A stretch of 64,000 nucleotides of DNA from positions 124,001-188,000 of the forward strand of contig QPGO01000060.1 of NCBI GenBank assembly GCA_008632985.1. The letters run 5' to 3'. Made by a program: the position numbers and the translations under genes. Every line of letters begins with the position of its first letter. Position 1 is the first letter of the stretch. Source of the DNA: Psammoneis japonica (Eukaryota). Shown here one piece after another: positions 1 through 12,100 of this stretch. The notes beneath the pieces are model-generated. The model was not told the DNA's origin, did no database searches, and saw nothing but the letters and a program-made list of their open reading frames with translations.

Positions 1-436
1 CTACAGCTGCACGTTCCATGCAAACAATGCAACAAACAATCGTCCATGACGAATTGTATTTGAAACCATTTCATTCTGTCTTATCGTCATTGGCTCTGAT
101 AAAGCGAATAAATCTCAATGTAACGAAAGAACAAGCACGATGCCTTACGTCTAATAGAAAGTTGTAACACTGTCAATGCGAACCTAAACCTGATTAGATT
201 GTGTGCGTGTTGCTCTAGAACACCACTCGATACATATATGTTAACCAGTCACCAATAATAACATTGTCCTCCCTTCCTTCTCCATCCAGATTCACTCGAA
301 ATCACGCGCGAAGTTTTAGAGGTGTGAAGAATGAAGCGAGCATGGCGGTGTGTTAGAGCATCTAGCTGATTACGCAACCTCCAATTTCACACAAGTCCAC
401 GTTCAAAAGCATCATTTTACATCTTTCTGTGTTGTC

Positions 437-2620
437 ATGCCGATCTCTTCAAGGTCGCTCGTTGCATTTCTAGTGTTGATTTATGCATCCCATGAATGCC
501 AATCGTTTGTTCCGTTGTCTCCAAGGAAATGGGGCAGCAACAACAAGTACAATGTAAACAAAAGAACTGGCGGTGGAAACTACAATGACAACAACAATAG
601 TAATAATGGAAATGGCCCTCCAAGACATCCTGGTTTCAATTCAGGCTGGAATGATAACGATGATGAAAATCATTTCTCTGGAACGACTTTGTTCAGTGGT
701 TTATTCTTTGCGACATGTCGATCGGAGAAAGAGCATAACCTACATGAATGGGCAATTCAAGATTGTAATATCCAAAACAAACATTCCGATGACGACGATT
801 CAATATCGATACGAGGAGGAGATAGCACCACTCAAAGCACAAGTGTAAAAGAAAAGCCGTCCGGTTTGAAGGGCATTGTATCGTATTGGTCCACCGTGTT
901 GAGTTCTGCCGGCTCCTCCTTGTTGAGTCCGTTTCGCTTTGTATCGTCCAAGGTCTCCTCCCTCTTTTCCCCAACGGCACGCAAGGAAAAAGCAATCAAG
1001 GACAAGCTTAATTCTGTACCGATTCAATCGGTAATTGTACGACAAAACTCAACTGTACTGCCACCCGAAATCGTCACGTCGGCCGCCCAACAATCTGGTC
1101 TCTTGGGCAATCCGATCTCGCCTGAAATCATTCAAGATGTGGCCATGTCATTGAAACGATGGTATGTCAATCAGGGCTATGTCTTGGCCACTGTAACAGG
1201 TGCCACGTTGGATGCTCCAAATGCCACGGCTGAAATTGAGGTGGAAGAACCGCTCGTGTCGGACATTCCCGTCAAAATTACATTTTTGAAGAAAATGATT
1301 GTGGACAAGCATGGTGAAGTCTTGACGTTTCGACAGTACAAGGAACAGCACTTGAAAGAATACGGACCCGCCGTACCGATCCAACGGAGCGCATTGAATA
1401 CAACCTATGTACCAACGTCTGGCAAAACAAGCCCCAAGCGCATCTCCAAGGCGCTCAATCTATTGCCTGGAAAACCCTTTCAATGGCAGGGAGAACGGTG
1501 GCAAACAGTCATGTCGAGTGGAGTCTTTAGCCAGATACTCGGTGCGAGTCCACAACGCATGGAGGATGGTACCGCTCAGCTGCACGTGCTCGTCACGGAA
1601 CGGCCTCCCCGAAATTTGGAATACGGCATGACGAAATCACTCTACACGGGTTCGTGGGAGGGTGAAGTGGATTTCGTCAATGGCAATTTGTTTGGTGGTG
1701 GTGAAGTCATTGGATTGATGGTACGTCGTGGTACCAGCGATGCCGAGACGAGTGCTAGACTGAGATTTAGTGACTCGAAATTTGGTCAAGCCGGCGGGTA
1801 CAATGTGGATGTGTTTAGTGAATTCATTGGAGATCAACTGCTACGCTCCGAGGGCAATGGCGTGACGGATTACAATCACGACACTCTACTATCACGCCGC
1901 GGAGCAACTGTACAATTCCAAAATCCAATTGATCCTAGTCGCATCAGAAACACGTTGGCAAGTGCCTCTTTGGAACGCACATCGACTCGGTCCGGACACC
2001 ACGAAAACTTGGCCAGTGGCACGGTGGATGTTGGTCCATTTTTTCAAGCCTTGCCAATGAATACTCGGTCAAGTGTAGTGACAACGATATCGTCTGGTGT
2101 TCGCGTTCCAGAAGGAAAGATTGGTGACAAGGCCGAGTCACTCTCATCAAAACTGTCGCTGAGTAACACAAAGCCCTACTCGTCTGGTTCCATCACGACG
2201 AAACAAGTACTGCCACTGTTGTCGGGCAAAGCATCGCTAGCATTATCGCATACCGTTATGACGTCGGGCAGCAATTTTCCTCGTCACGAAGCCAATTCGG
2301 CGGGTATTGCTGCATCTGTCCGTGGTTATGATCCAAGATCCAATGGACCGATACGGTCTTCCATGAAGGGGACTACCGAGATTCGAATTCCGGTCAAGCT
2401 GCCTATAGAACAGGTGAGACAGGATGCTGGAATTGTGTTGTTTGGAGACTGGCTAGTTGCAAAAAGCTATCGCGGGTCAGACTCGACAGTCCAAAAGTCT
2501 AGCATCGGCGTAGGGATCCGCAAATCAATCCAAGGAGTCCCACTCAAATATGACTTCAGCTACACCAAAGATGGAAAGATTGGAGCTACGTTTGGAATTG
2601 GATCCGATTTTGACGTCTAG
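437..2620 (+). CDS. Omp85/BamA-family beta-barrel protein, probably plastid-targeted
   Basis: The likely start is ATG 437, followed by a signal peptide (MPISSRSLVAFLVLIYASHECQS-FVP, ASAFAP-like). It has a POTRA-like 'WYVNQGYVLA', the Omp85 barrel motifs 'NLFGGGE' and 'VRGY', and a C-terminal 'GVGIR...PLKYDF...FGIG'. Confidence 0.8.
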   Translation: MPISSRSLVAFLVLIYASHECQSFVPLSPRKWGSNNKYNVNKRTGGGNYNDNNNSNNGNGPPRHPGFNSGWNDNDDENHFSGTTLFSGLFFATCRSEKEHNLHEWAIQDCNIQNKHSDDDDSISIRGGDSTTQSTSVKEKPSGLKGIVSYWSTVLSSAGSSLLSPFRFVSSKVSSLFSPTARKEKAIKDKLNSVPIQSVIVRQNSTVLPPEIVTSAAQQSGLLGNPISPEIIQDVAMSLKRWYVNQGYVLATVTGATLDAPNATAEIEVEEPLVSDIPVKITFLKKMIVDKHGEVLTFRQYKEQHLKEYGPAVPIQRSALNTTYVPTSGKTSPKRISKALNLLPGKPFQWQGERWQTVMSSGVFSQILGASPQRMEDGTAQLHVLVTERPPRNLEYGMTKSLYTGSWEGEVDFVNGNLFGGGEVIGLMVRRGTSDAETSARLRFSDSKFGQAGGYNVDVFSEFIGDQLLRSEGNGVTDYNHDTLLSRRGATVQFQNPIDPSRIRNTLASASLERTSTRSGHHENLASGTVDVGPFFQALPMNTRSSVVTTISSGVRVPEGKIGDKAESLSSKLSLSNTKPYSSGSITTKQVLPLLSGKASLALSHTVMTSGSNFPRHEANSAGIAASVRGYDPRSNGPIRSSMKGTTEIRIPVKLPIEQVRQDAGIVLFGDWLVAKSYRGSDSTVQKSSIGVGIRKSIQGVPLKYDFSYTKDGKIGATFGIGSDFDV

Positions 2621-3139
2621 AGGGAGCTTCAGCTAGAGTGTAATTGCTTGTGTCTTTTTCCTCCTATCAGCTCTTCATGCGTCAAGAGGAGGTACCCAGT
2701 AGCTATTGTTTGGATAGTTATCCGAATTTGCACTAATATCAGTCCACCGTGTTGCTGCAAGCGTAATCGCGGAGCACCAGCTCGCCCATTCCGTACTACA
2801 GGCGAGCATCGCTGACATGGTGCAGCGCGTTTCCATGAGACAGGCCTTGGGGCATACCTCCCCCGGCTTTAGGCCAGGAAAAGAAAGCAATGAATCACCC
2901 AATCAGGTGAAAGGGGTATTGTGAACGAAAACAGAACTGTCATCGCAGTCCATAGACGTACGCACGGAACAAGTAGCACGCAGATAAAAATTTCCATGTC
3001 GTGCTCCTAGTTTCTCTACTTGTTCATTGAAAAAAGGTTTCAAATAAGCGTGCATTTCAAAACAATGAAACGCATCAATGTCTAAAGTTGCCATTGAAGG
3101 TAACGTTGCCTCAAGAGCACCACAAAATGCATCTTGAGA

Positions 3140-5900
3140 GTGAAACATCACTCTAAAAATGTAAAAGGGGGGACATGATGTGGAGACACAAGAAAATTTG
3201 CAAGCCAACTGTTTGCTACCGGTGTAACATTTTGCCCCTTCCAGCAAATGCTCACTGTGTTGTGGCATTGCCAGCACAGGAAAAACCCCGACTCATCCTT
3301 CCCATCAAAGGTCAGATCCAAGTTGCAGCCTCCTGCTGCTTTGCAGACAAACACAATGAAGTCTTGGTTTGTTGGTTGACCAAAATTCAGTCAGTTGATT
3401 TTGGTGTTGAACAGGCAGGCCTTGCCAAACTTGCAACTGTGTGTTGTTGTCAACAGCTGTGTCAGGTCTTGTCTTTGTTTCAACATGTTGTCACTGCAAT
3501 TGGCTTCTGTGTTGGGGCCTGGAAAGTGTTTTGCCTTACTTGCAGGCTTTGTCAAGTCCCCTGGAAGCTTGTCAAGAAATTGGCTTATCTTCAGTGCTCA
3601 TTTTCCAGGCAACAACCACCATTTGTGAATCGTGGGTGGGACCATGCATGGTCCACACCCTCAGCCAAGGCTCAGGTTTGGGTGGCAGCCAAACATTGCC
3701 AGATGCCAATTTGGTGAGAAGTTTTTAAACAATTGTTGCCAATGCTGGGGCCAGAGTCACCAAATTGGGGGTTGGGTGTCAGCACATTGAAATTCAAAAA
3801 AGTCCAGAGCAGCTCACTTTTCACAAAGCGGCTGCAGCAACAATGACCACCAAGCAGGCTTTTGGCAACAACACACACATGAGAGGAGAGAGAGTGTGGT
3901 CAAGGTGACCAAAACTCCTCCCCCCCCATGGTTTGACACACAACAGCTTGAACAGACATTGAGTGCCTGCTTTTCATTCCCTCTGAGCAAAGAAACAGGG
4001 TTCATTTCCAAGGTGCACCTTCTGTGTTGAGAGCATTTGATGCCCACAGCAGTGACTGGCCATGCTGAGATGTCTGCAACAGGGTTTCCAAAGTGCAATG
4101 CAATGAGTGAGATTGTTTGCATCAGGAGGCAATGGAGCATGTGTCCATCTGCAACTGCAGCTGATGAGGACAACAAATGCCAACAACTGGAGGGGGATTT
4201 GCTGCTCAATGAGATGCTTCATCAAAGAACTCCAACACCATCCAGCAGCAGCCAAAAGAAACCCGGATGTTGACAGATTGACACAAACAATTGACAGCTT
4301 CCATTGACTGGCAAGAGGTTGAAAAATTGATGTCATGAACATCAGCACACAAAAATGATTAAAAGCCACAACATGGCTGATTCCAACACGAGCTGTTCAA
4401 TGTCGGTTGCATGCACCGACACCACCCGCCGGTGTTGCAATGCACAAAATGAACAAATGAGCCATGGCAGAGACCTTCATTGTCATTGTTGCTGCCAACT
4501 GCCCACTCTTAAATGCCATGCCCTTTTCTTGCAGCATGTTTTGCAGCAAGTTTCAGGCTTTGTTTCCTCTGCTGTGCTGTCTAAACTTTTGGCTCAGCCC
4601 CATCACTCTCTCAACTCATGTGCAATGCACACCCAGAAAAACAATGATGGAGCATCGCAGCAACCTTCCAAAACACAAAAAGTCAACAGGCAGCCCTTGT
4701 GCAAAACCTCAAAGACCATTTGCAGTCTCAACAAACAAAGGGGGTGCAATTGGTCAACAAACTGAAGCTTTCAAGGCCACCATGCAGTTGCTTGTTTGCA
4801 ATTCTAACAAGTCTTGGTGGGGCCAAAAACCATGAAAGGATTGTCCCAGAGAATTGTGTCACAACCCCACTGAGCCCCAGCCAAATTTTCCCCACCTCTG
4901 ATGCTTTGCTGTTTGAGCTTTTGCCTTGGCCCTGTCACTCTCTCAATTCGTGCACAATGCACACCCAGAAAAACAATCATGGAGCATGGCAGCAACCTTC
5001 CAAAAAGCACCACAATCACAATGTCAGCAAGGCAGCCCTTGTGCAAAACCTCAGAAAACATTTGCAGCATCAACAAAAGAGGGGCAATTGATCAATGAAC
5101 AAAAGCTCTCAAGATCACAAAGCAGTTGCTTGTTTGCAATTCTGACAAGTCTTGGTGGGCCAAAAACAATGGAAGGGCTGTCCTGGAGAATTGTGCTGCA
5201 ATTGCGTCGAGTCCCAGCCAAATTGTTCCTGCCTCTTGTGCTGTCCTGTTTGAACTTTTAGCTCATCCATGTCACTCTCTCATTGCACGCACTGCACACA
5301 TCCAGCAAAACAATCATGGAGCAGCAGCAACCTTGCAAAAAGCACAAAGTGAACCATGCGGCCCTTGCACAAAACCTCGGAGAACATTTGCAATCTCACA
5401 ACAAAAGGGGGCAATTGACCAACAAACAAAAGCCATGTCCAGGTTGCCATGCAGCCACTCCTTGACAATTCTGACAAGTTTGGCATGGCCAAAAGCCATG
5501 GAACGATTGCCCCAAAGAAATTTGCCACATCCCCCGGGCAAACAGGGCCAAGAATCTGTCAGAATCTCCTAACTTTCAAGAGGTTGCCTTGGCTGCTTTG
5601 AAGGTGGGTGTGCTCCACTGGGACATGGTCAAGCTGATGAAAGAAAAGTGTCATCAAAGCAGAGCATTGTCTTTCATTGGTCTCTTCAAGGGTGGGCTGA
5701 TCTGCAATCTTCAACAGGATGCTCTGCTGTGGACTCAAGATGACATCAAGCATTGTTTGGAGCACACAAACATTGGCTGGAGAAAAGTTGATGGTTTGCA
5801 ACATTCTTTGCCACCACAACAGTGCAAGAACAAAGAATGAGGCACACACTTGCCGCTGATTGTCCCCACAATTTCCCACTCAGTTTGCAGAGAGACTTGT
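3140..5900. mobile_element. Degenerate TpA/CpG-depleted block, probably decayed transposon or repeat DNA of unknown family
   Basis: TA and CG are nearly absent and TG/CA is abundant. Many short Cys/His-rich ORFs lack Tyr and no domain is recognisable. The composition matches the decayed copia at 53.5-60.7 kb. Confidence 0.5.
4545..5520 (+). repeat. Three diverged tandem copies of a ~335-bp unit
   Basis: 'TGCACACCCAGAAAAACAAT(G/C)ATGGAGCA...GCAACCTT' recurs near 4625, 4958 and 5293. 'GTGCAAAACCTC' and 'ATTCT(A/G)ACAAGT' recur at similar spacing. Confidence 0.8.
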
Positions 5901-6167
5901 GCCTGCAAGGTTGGTCGATGATGTTGACTTCATAGCGCAAGCTTTTGAAATAAATCCTTTTATCTTGTTGCGCGTCAGTCGAAGTCATGGTCTGCACAGA
6001 TCCTAAAAAACTGGGTGGTGTGCCAAGAGGAGTTCGAGAGCCTTGGGGAATGAGGCTGATTCTGGCGATTGTCTTGAGTCGAGCGCCATCGACAGCATCA
6101 AATAGATTAAGAGTTCAAAGAACGTGTTCATGATGTCTATTTTCTGCATAGTCTACTGTAGCTACAA

Positions 6168-9100
6168 TCAATCACGTTCGTAGTTCAATATCGGAGACAG
6201 CCATCTTTCGGTAACGCCGAGCTCAAGACCCTTCCTCTTTGAGTAGCTTTCGACTTGATCCTTGCCAACCTGTCCTACCGCAAAGTATTGAGATTCAGGG
6301 TGGGCAAACACTAAGGCCGATACAGAACTTGCTGGCATCATGCTGAGAGATTCACTCAATTCGATACCCGCCAACTCCTTGGCCTTAATCGTGTTCCACA
6401 TTGTTGTCTTCTCCGTATGATCCGGTTGCGACGGGTATCCTGGAGCAGGACGAATCCCGTCGTATTTGATTTTCAACAAGTCCGCCTCGTTGAGCTGTTC
6501 ATCCTTGGCATACCCCCACAAATCGACACGCATCTGTCGGTGCAAGTATTCCGCAAAAGCTTCGACAAAACGATCAGCCAGGGCTTGGCACATGATTTTG
6601 GAATAATCGTCATTTTCGGCTTCGTACATTGCAACTAGTTCTTCACAACCAAAGCAAGACACCGCAAACATGCCCAAGTGGTCACTGTATCCCTTGGGTG
6701 CGATGAAGTCAGCTTGACTAAAATAGGGGTCCTCTGATTCCTTTTCGGCTTGTTGGCGAAGCATGCAGAAGCGATTCATAGGCTTGTCGGAGATTCGGTC
6801 TTCTTCGGAAGCGTACACAATAACATCCTCTCCGTCTTCGCTACGATTGGCTGGGAACAAGCCAACGACACCCTTGAGATTCATGCTACCGTCTTTAACT
6901 ATTTTTGCCATTATGGCCTGGGCGTCATCAAACAGTTTCTTGGCTTCAGCGCCGACTGCCTCGTCGTTAAAAATCTTGGGATATCCACGATTTGGGTACC
7001 GGCCACGAAGCTCCCAAGTCTGGAAAAAAGGATTCTGATCACCGACAACAAACGATCCGAGCTGTAAGAATGCTGGATTACAACACCAAGAATGCTCGCG
7101 TGTTTCTAGACTTACCCAATCCATATAAGGTACCACATCTTCCAGCGTGACAGTGTCGATCACAGTAATTCCCATCTTGTGGGGCGCAGGCGCAACTGGC
7201 GACGAGTCAAAGTCAATTGTGAATTTCTGTTCCTGGGCCTGTTCAAATGTGAGGAAATATCGGTCCTCTAAACCGGCATAGTAGTCCTCGCGCATCTGAA
7301 AACGGGTATAAAAAAATCAAGAGGCTTCAGCAATCGAACAAGGACAATGTTGTTCGGGGCGTGATTTCACTTTTGGGTGAACTCACCACGTCATATTCCT
7401 CCATAATATCTTCTACGAACTCCTCCTTATTGTCGCTGAGAAGAGATGATACAACCGTGACAGATCGAGATGCGTCCAGGACATGAATGACAGGGTGTTC
7501 TAGAGTGAAATAGTTCGGCGAGATCTTTACAGCAGTGTGCATCTTGGACGTCGTCGCACCTCCAATCAACAAAGGCTGTTTGAATCCGCCCTTGGACATT
7601 TCCTTGGCAACAACAACCATCTCATCCAACGAAGGTGTAATGAGACCGGAGAGACCTATTACATCAACATTGTACTCCTTGGCCTTTTCTAGAATCGTTT
7701 CGCATGACACCATAACTCCAATGTCGTAAACCTTAAAATTATTGCAACCCAATACAACTGATACGATGTTCTTTCCGATATCATGGACGTCACCCTTGAC
7801 GGTGGCCATCAGAACCTTGCCTAGTGCACGAAGGAAAGTGTTAGCAAACGCGAGCTTACCATGCCAACAAGAGAAACTCTTTCGTCACTGCCGAATTCTT
7901 ACCTGCAAAATTAGAATCATCATTCTCGTCGAAATCATCTGGATTCAACCCCTGGGCAATCATGTTTTCCCTCTTCTCTTTTTCCATGAACGGAAGCAAG
8001 TACGCCACCGCCTTCTTCATGACACGAGCCGATTTAATGACTTGCGGTAGAAACATCTTTCCGGAACCGAATAAGTCCCCAACAACATTCATACCGTCCA
8101 TCAGCGGCCCTTCGATAACTTCCAAAGGACGGCTGCATGACTGACGAGCTTCCTCAACATCAGTAACAACGTGTTCGGAGATGCCGTTTACCAAAGCATG
8201 TTCTAACCTCTTTTTTGCGTCCAGATCACGCCACGATTTTTCTTTTTCCTGCACCGCACCTCCACCTTTTTTACGGGCTTCAATGGCTTCCTTTTCTTTT
8301 TTCGTCAAGTCCAGCATCACATCAGTGGCATCCTCCGTCTTGTTGAATACGAGGTTCTCGCAAGCAACAAGAAACTCTGGTTCCACTTCGTCGATAGCAA
8401 GCATTTCTTTCGCATTCACGATGCCAACGTCCATTCCGGACTCAAGTATGGCGTGACGCAGGAACACGGCATGAATCGATTCGCGGACTTTCGTTACTCC
8501 TCTGAATCCAAACGAGAGGTTCGAAATACCACCGCTAACCTTTACGTACGGACACTGTTCCTTGATGGTCTTTGTTGCGTTGATAAAGTCAACTCCATAG
8601 TTGGCGTGTTCCTCCATGCCGGTACCAATCGTCAATACATTGGGATCAAACACAATATCTTCTGGAGGGTAACCCACTTCATTTACAAGAATATCGTACG
8701 AGCGTTTGCATATACGAACCTTGTCCTCCTCGGTCGCAGCTTGTCCTTGTTCGTCAAACGCCATGACTACTACTGCGGCACCGTGTTTCTTCAACAATGT
8801 CGCTTGTTCCTTGAACAACTCTTCTCCGACCTTGAGAGAGATGGAGTTCACAATACACTTGCCCTGGCACCACTTGAGTCCAGCCAAAACAATTTCGAAT
8901 TTGGACGCATCCAACATAAAGGGAACTTTTGCTACTTCAGGCTCTGTGACAGCAATCTTGACAAACTTTTGCATAGCGGCCAATCCATCAAGCATACCGT
9001 CATCAACATTGATATCAATCACATGAGCACCATCCTCGACTTGCTTCTTCGCTATATCCATGGCAGTTCCATAGTCACCCGCCATCATGAGCTTTTTGAA

Positions 9101-12100
9101 GCGAATCGATCCGGAAATATTGCAACGCTCACCCACGTTCAAGAACGGTAAGCCCAAGTGGTTATGAACATCATCGACAACCAAGTCTTCGAGACCAGAA
9201 AGCCACATCTTGGGACGGCCAATGTCTGGAAGCTGTCTTGGCTTGTACTGCTCCGACATTTCGCGAATGGCCTTGATGTGGGGCGGAGTGGATCCACAGC
9301 AACCACCAACCATGTTCAACCACCCGTTCTCGAAAAATACCTTATTGTACTCTGCCATATCTTCCGGTGTTTCGTCATAGCCACCCATGGCGTTGGGAAG
9401 ACCAGCGTTAGAGTACACATGGACAAAACATTCGACAACCTTGGCAAGTCTCTCAACGAACGGAGTCATGTGCTGGGCACCAAGAGCACAGTTAAGACCC
9501 ACACACATGGGCTTGGCGTGACGGACCGAAGCATAAAAGGCTTCTCCAGTTTGACCGGACAAGGTGCGGCCCGACTGGTCCACAAGAGTTCCAGAAATAA
9601 ACACGGGGATGTCTAACCCAGAAAAGTCCAAGAACTCGCCAATTGCGAACAATGCAGCTTTGGCGTTAAGTGTATCGAAAATGGTTTCCACCATTAGAAT
9701 ATCAGCACCACCGTCGACCAACCCAACAACTTGCTCAAAGTACGTCTCCACCAACTCGTCAAAGGTCACGTTTCTGGCCGAAGGGTCTTCTACCGAAGGA
9801 GAAATTGAACCAGTACGGTTGGTCGGACCAATGGCACCCACGACAAAGCGGGGCTTGGTGGGGTCCTTGGCTGTTACCTCGTCGCAAGCCTCACGAGCTA
9901 GTTTTGCACCGCAATAGTTCAGTTCATAAGCATATGCCTCCATATTGTAGTCAGCCATGGCGATTGTTGTTGAAGAAAAGGTGTTAGTTCCAATCAAATT
10001 TGATCCTCCTTCTTCAAGATACGCCTTGTAAATGTCCGAAATGATTTGAGGCTGTGTAATGGACAACATATCGTTGTTTCCCTTGACATTGCAGTTCCAA
10101 TCCTTGAACTGCTCTCCACGGTACTCTTCTTCGTCGAGCTTGTTGCGCTTGGCATAATTCTGAATCATTGTACCCATGGCTCCATCATAGATTGCAATCT
10201 GACTCGTAAAGAGCGACGTAATATATTCCCGTACCGAATCACGTCCTCGTACAAAGTGAGGAAACGACTCGGGGTATAAATCACGAGGCTGCGAGTAATC
10301 AATACAGATATCTTTGCTTGCGGTAGTTGATTTCTGGCGAATAGCGGTAATCTTCTCGTGGGTGAGATTGGAGTTCAAATAGGGGTTCGGGACATGATTC
10401 TTCGCAGCTTCTGACGTTGGTAGAGGCGGTTCGATGGCAGGTTTGGGGGTGACATTGTCATACGAGAATGCAAGGCGTGGCCTGTTTACAGGTTTGCCAC
10501 GAGGCTTCCGAGGCGGAGGCAAGCCCTTCTTTTTGGCGTCGATGCATGCTCTTTCATACGCTGTCCGCTTCAACATCTCGTCTGTCGCATCCTCGGTCTT
10601 GTTGAATACGAGGTTCTCGCATAGCACCCTCATGTCGTCGTCTAATTCATCGATAGCAAGCATTTCTTTCGCATTCACAATACCAACGTCCATTCCGGAC
10701 TCAAGTATGGCGTGATGCAGGAACACGGCATGAATTGATTCGCGGATTTTCGTTACTCCTCTGAATCCAAACGAGAGGTTCGAAATACCACCGCTGACCT
10801 TCACGTACGGACACTGTTCCTTGATGGTCTTTGTTGCGTTGATAAAGTCAACTCCATAGTTGGCGTGTTCCTCCATGCCGGTACCAATCGTCAATACATT
10901 GGGATCAAACACAATATCTTCTGGAGGGTAACCCACTTCATTTACAAGAATGTCGTACGAGCGTTTGCATATACGAACCTTGTCCTCCTCGGTCGCAGCT
11001 TGTCCTTGTTCGTCAAACGCCATGACTACTACTGCAGCACCGTGTTTCTTCAACAATGTCGCTTGTTCCTTGAACAACTCTTCTCCGACCTTGAGAGAGA
11101 TGGAGTTCACAATACACTTGCCCTGGCACCACTTGAGTCCAGCCAAAACAATTTCGAATTTGGACGCATCCAACATAAAGGGAACTTTTGCTACTTCAGG
11201 CTCCGTGACAGCAATCTTGACAAACTTTTGCATAGCGGCCAATCCATCAAGCATACCGTCATCGACATTGATATCAATCACATGAGCACCATCCTCGACT
11301 TGCTTCTTCGCTATATCCATGGCTGTTCCATAGTCACCCGCCATCATGAGCTTTTTGAAGCGAATCGATCCGGAAATATTGCAACGCTCACCCACGTTCA
11401 AGAACGGTAAGCCCAAGTGGTTATGAACATCATCGACAACCAAGTCCTCGAGACCAGAAAGCCACATCTTGGGACGGCCAATGTCTGGAAGCTGTCTTGG
11501 CTTGTACTGCTCCGACATTTCGCGAATGGCCTTGATGTGGGGCGGAGTGGATCCACAGCAACCACCAACCATGTTCAACCACCCATTCTCGAAAAATACC
11601 TTATTGTACTCTGCCATGTCTTCCGGTGTTTCGTCATAGCCACCCATGGCGTTGGGAAGACCAGCGTTAGAGTACACATGGACAAAACATTCGACAACCT
11701 TGGCAAGTCTCTCAACGAACGGAGTCATGTGCTGGGCACCAAGAGCACAGTTAAGACCCACACACATGGGCTTGGCGTGACGGACCGAAGCATAAAAGGC
11801 TTCTCCAGTTTGACCGGACAAGGTGCGGCCCGACTGGTCCACAAGAGTTCCAGAAATAAACACGGGGATGTCTAATCCCGAAAAGTCCAAGAACTCGCCA
11901 ATTGCGAACAATGCAGCTTTGGCGTTAAGTGTATCGAAAATGGTTTCCACCATTAGAATATCAGCACCACCGTCGACCAACCCAACAACTTGCTCAAAGT
12001 ACGTCTCTACCAACTCGTCAAAGGTCACGTTTCTGGCGGACGGGTCTTCTACCGAAGGAGAAATTGAACCAGTACGGTTGGTCGGACCAATGGCACCCAC

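Noticed and set aside
2675..3277. Minus-strand ORFs downstream of Omp85
   Set aside because: No recognisable homology; probably the edge of the decayed block.
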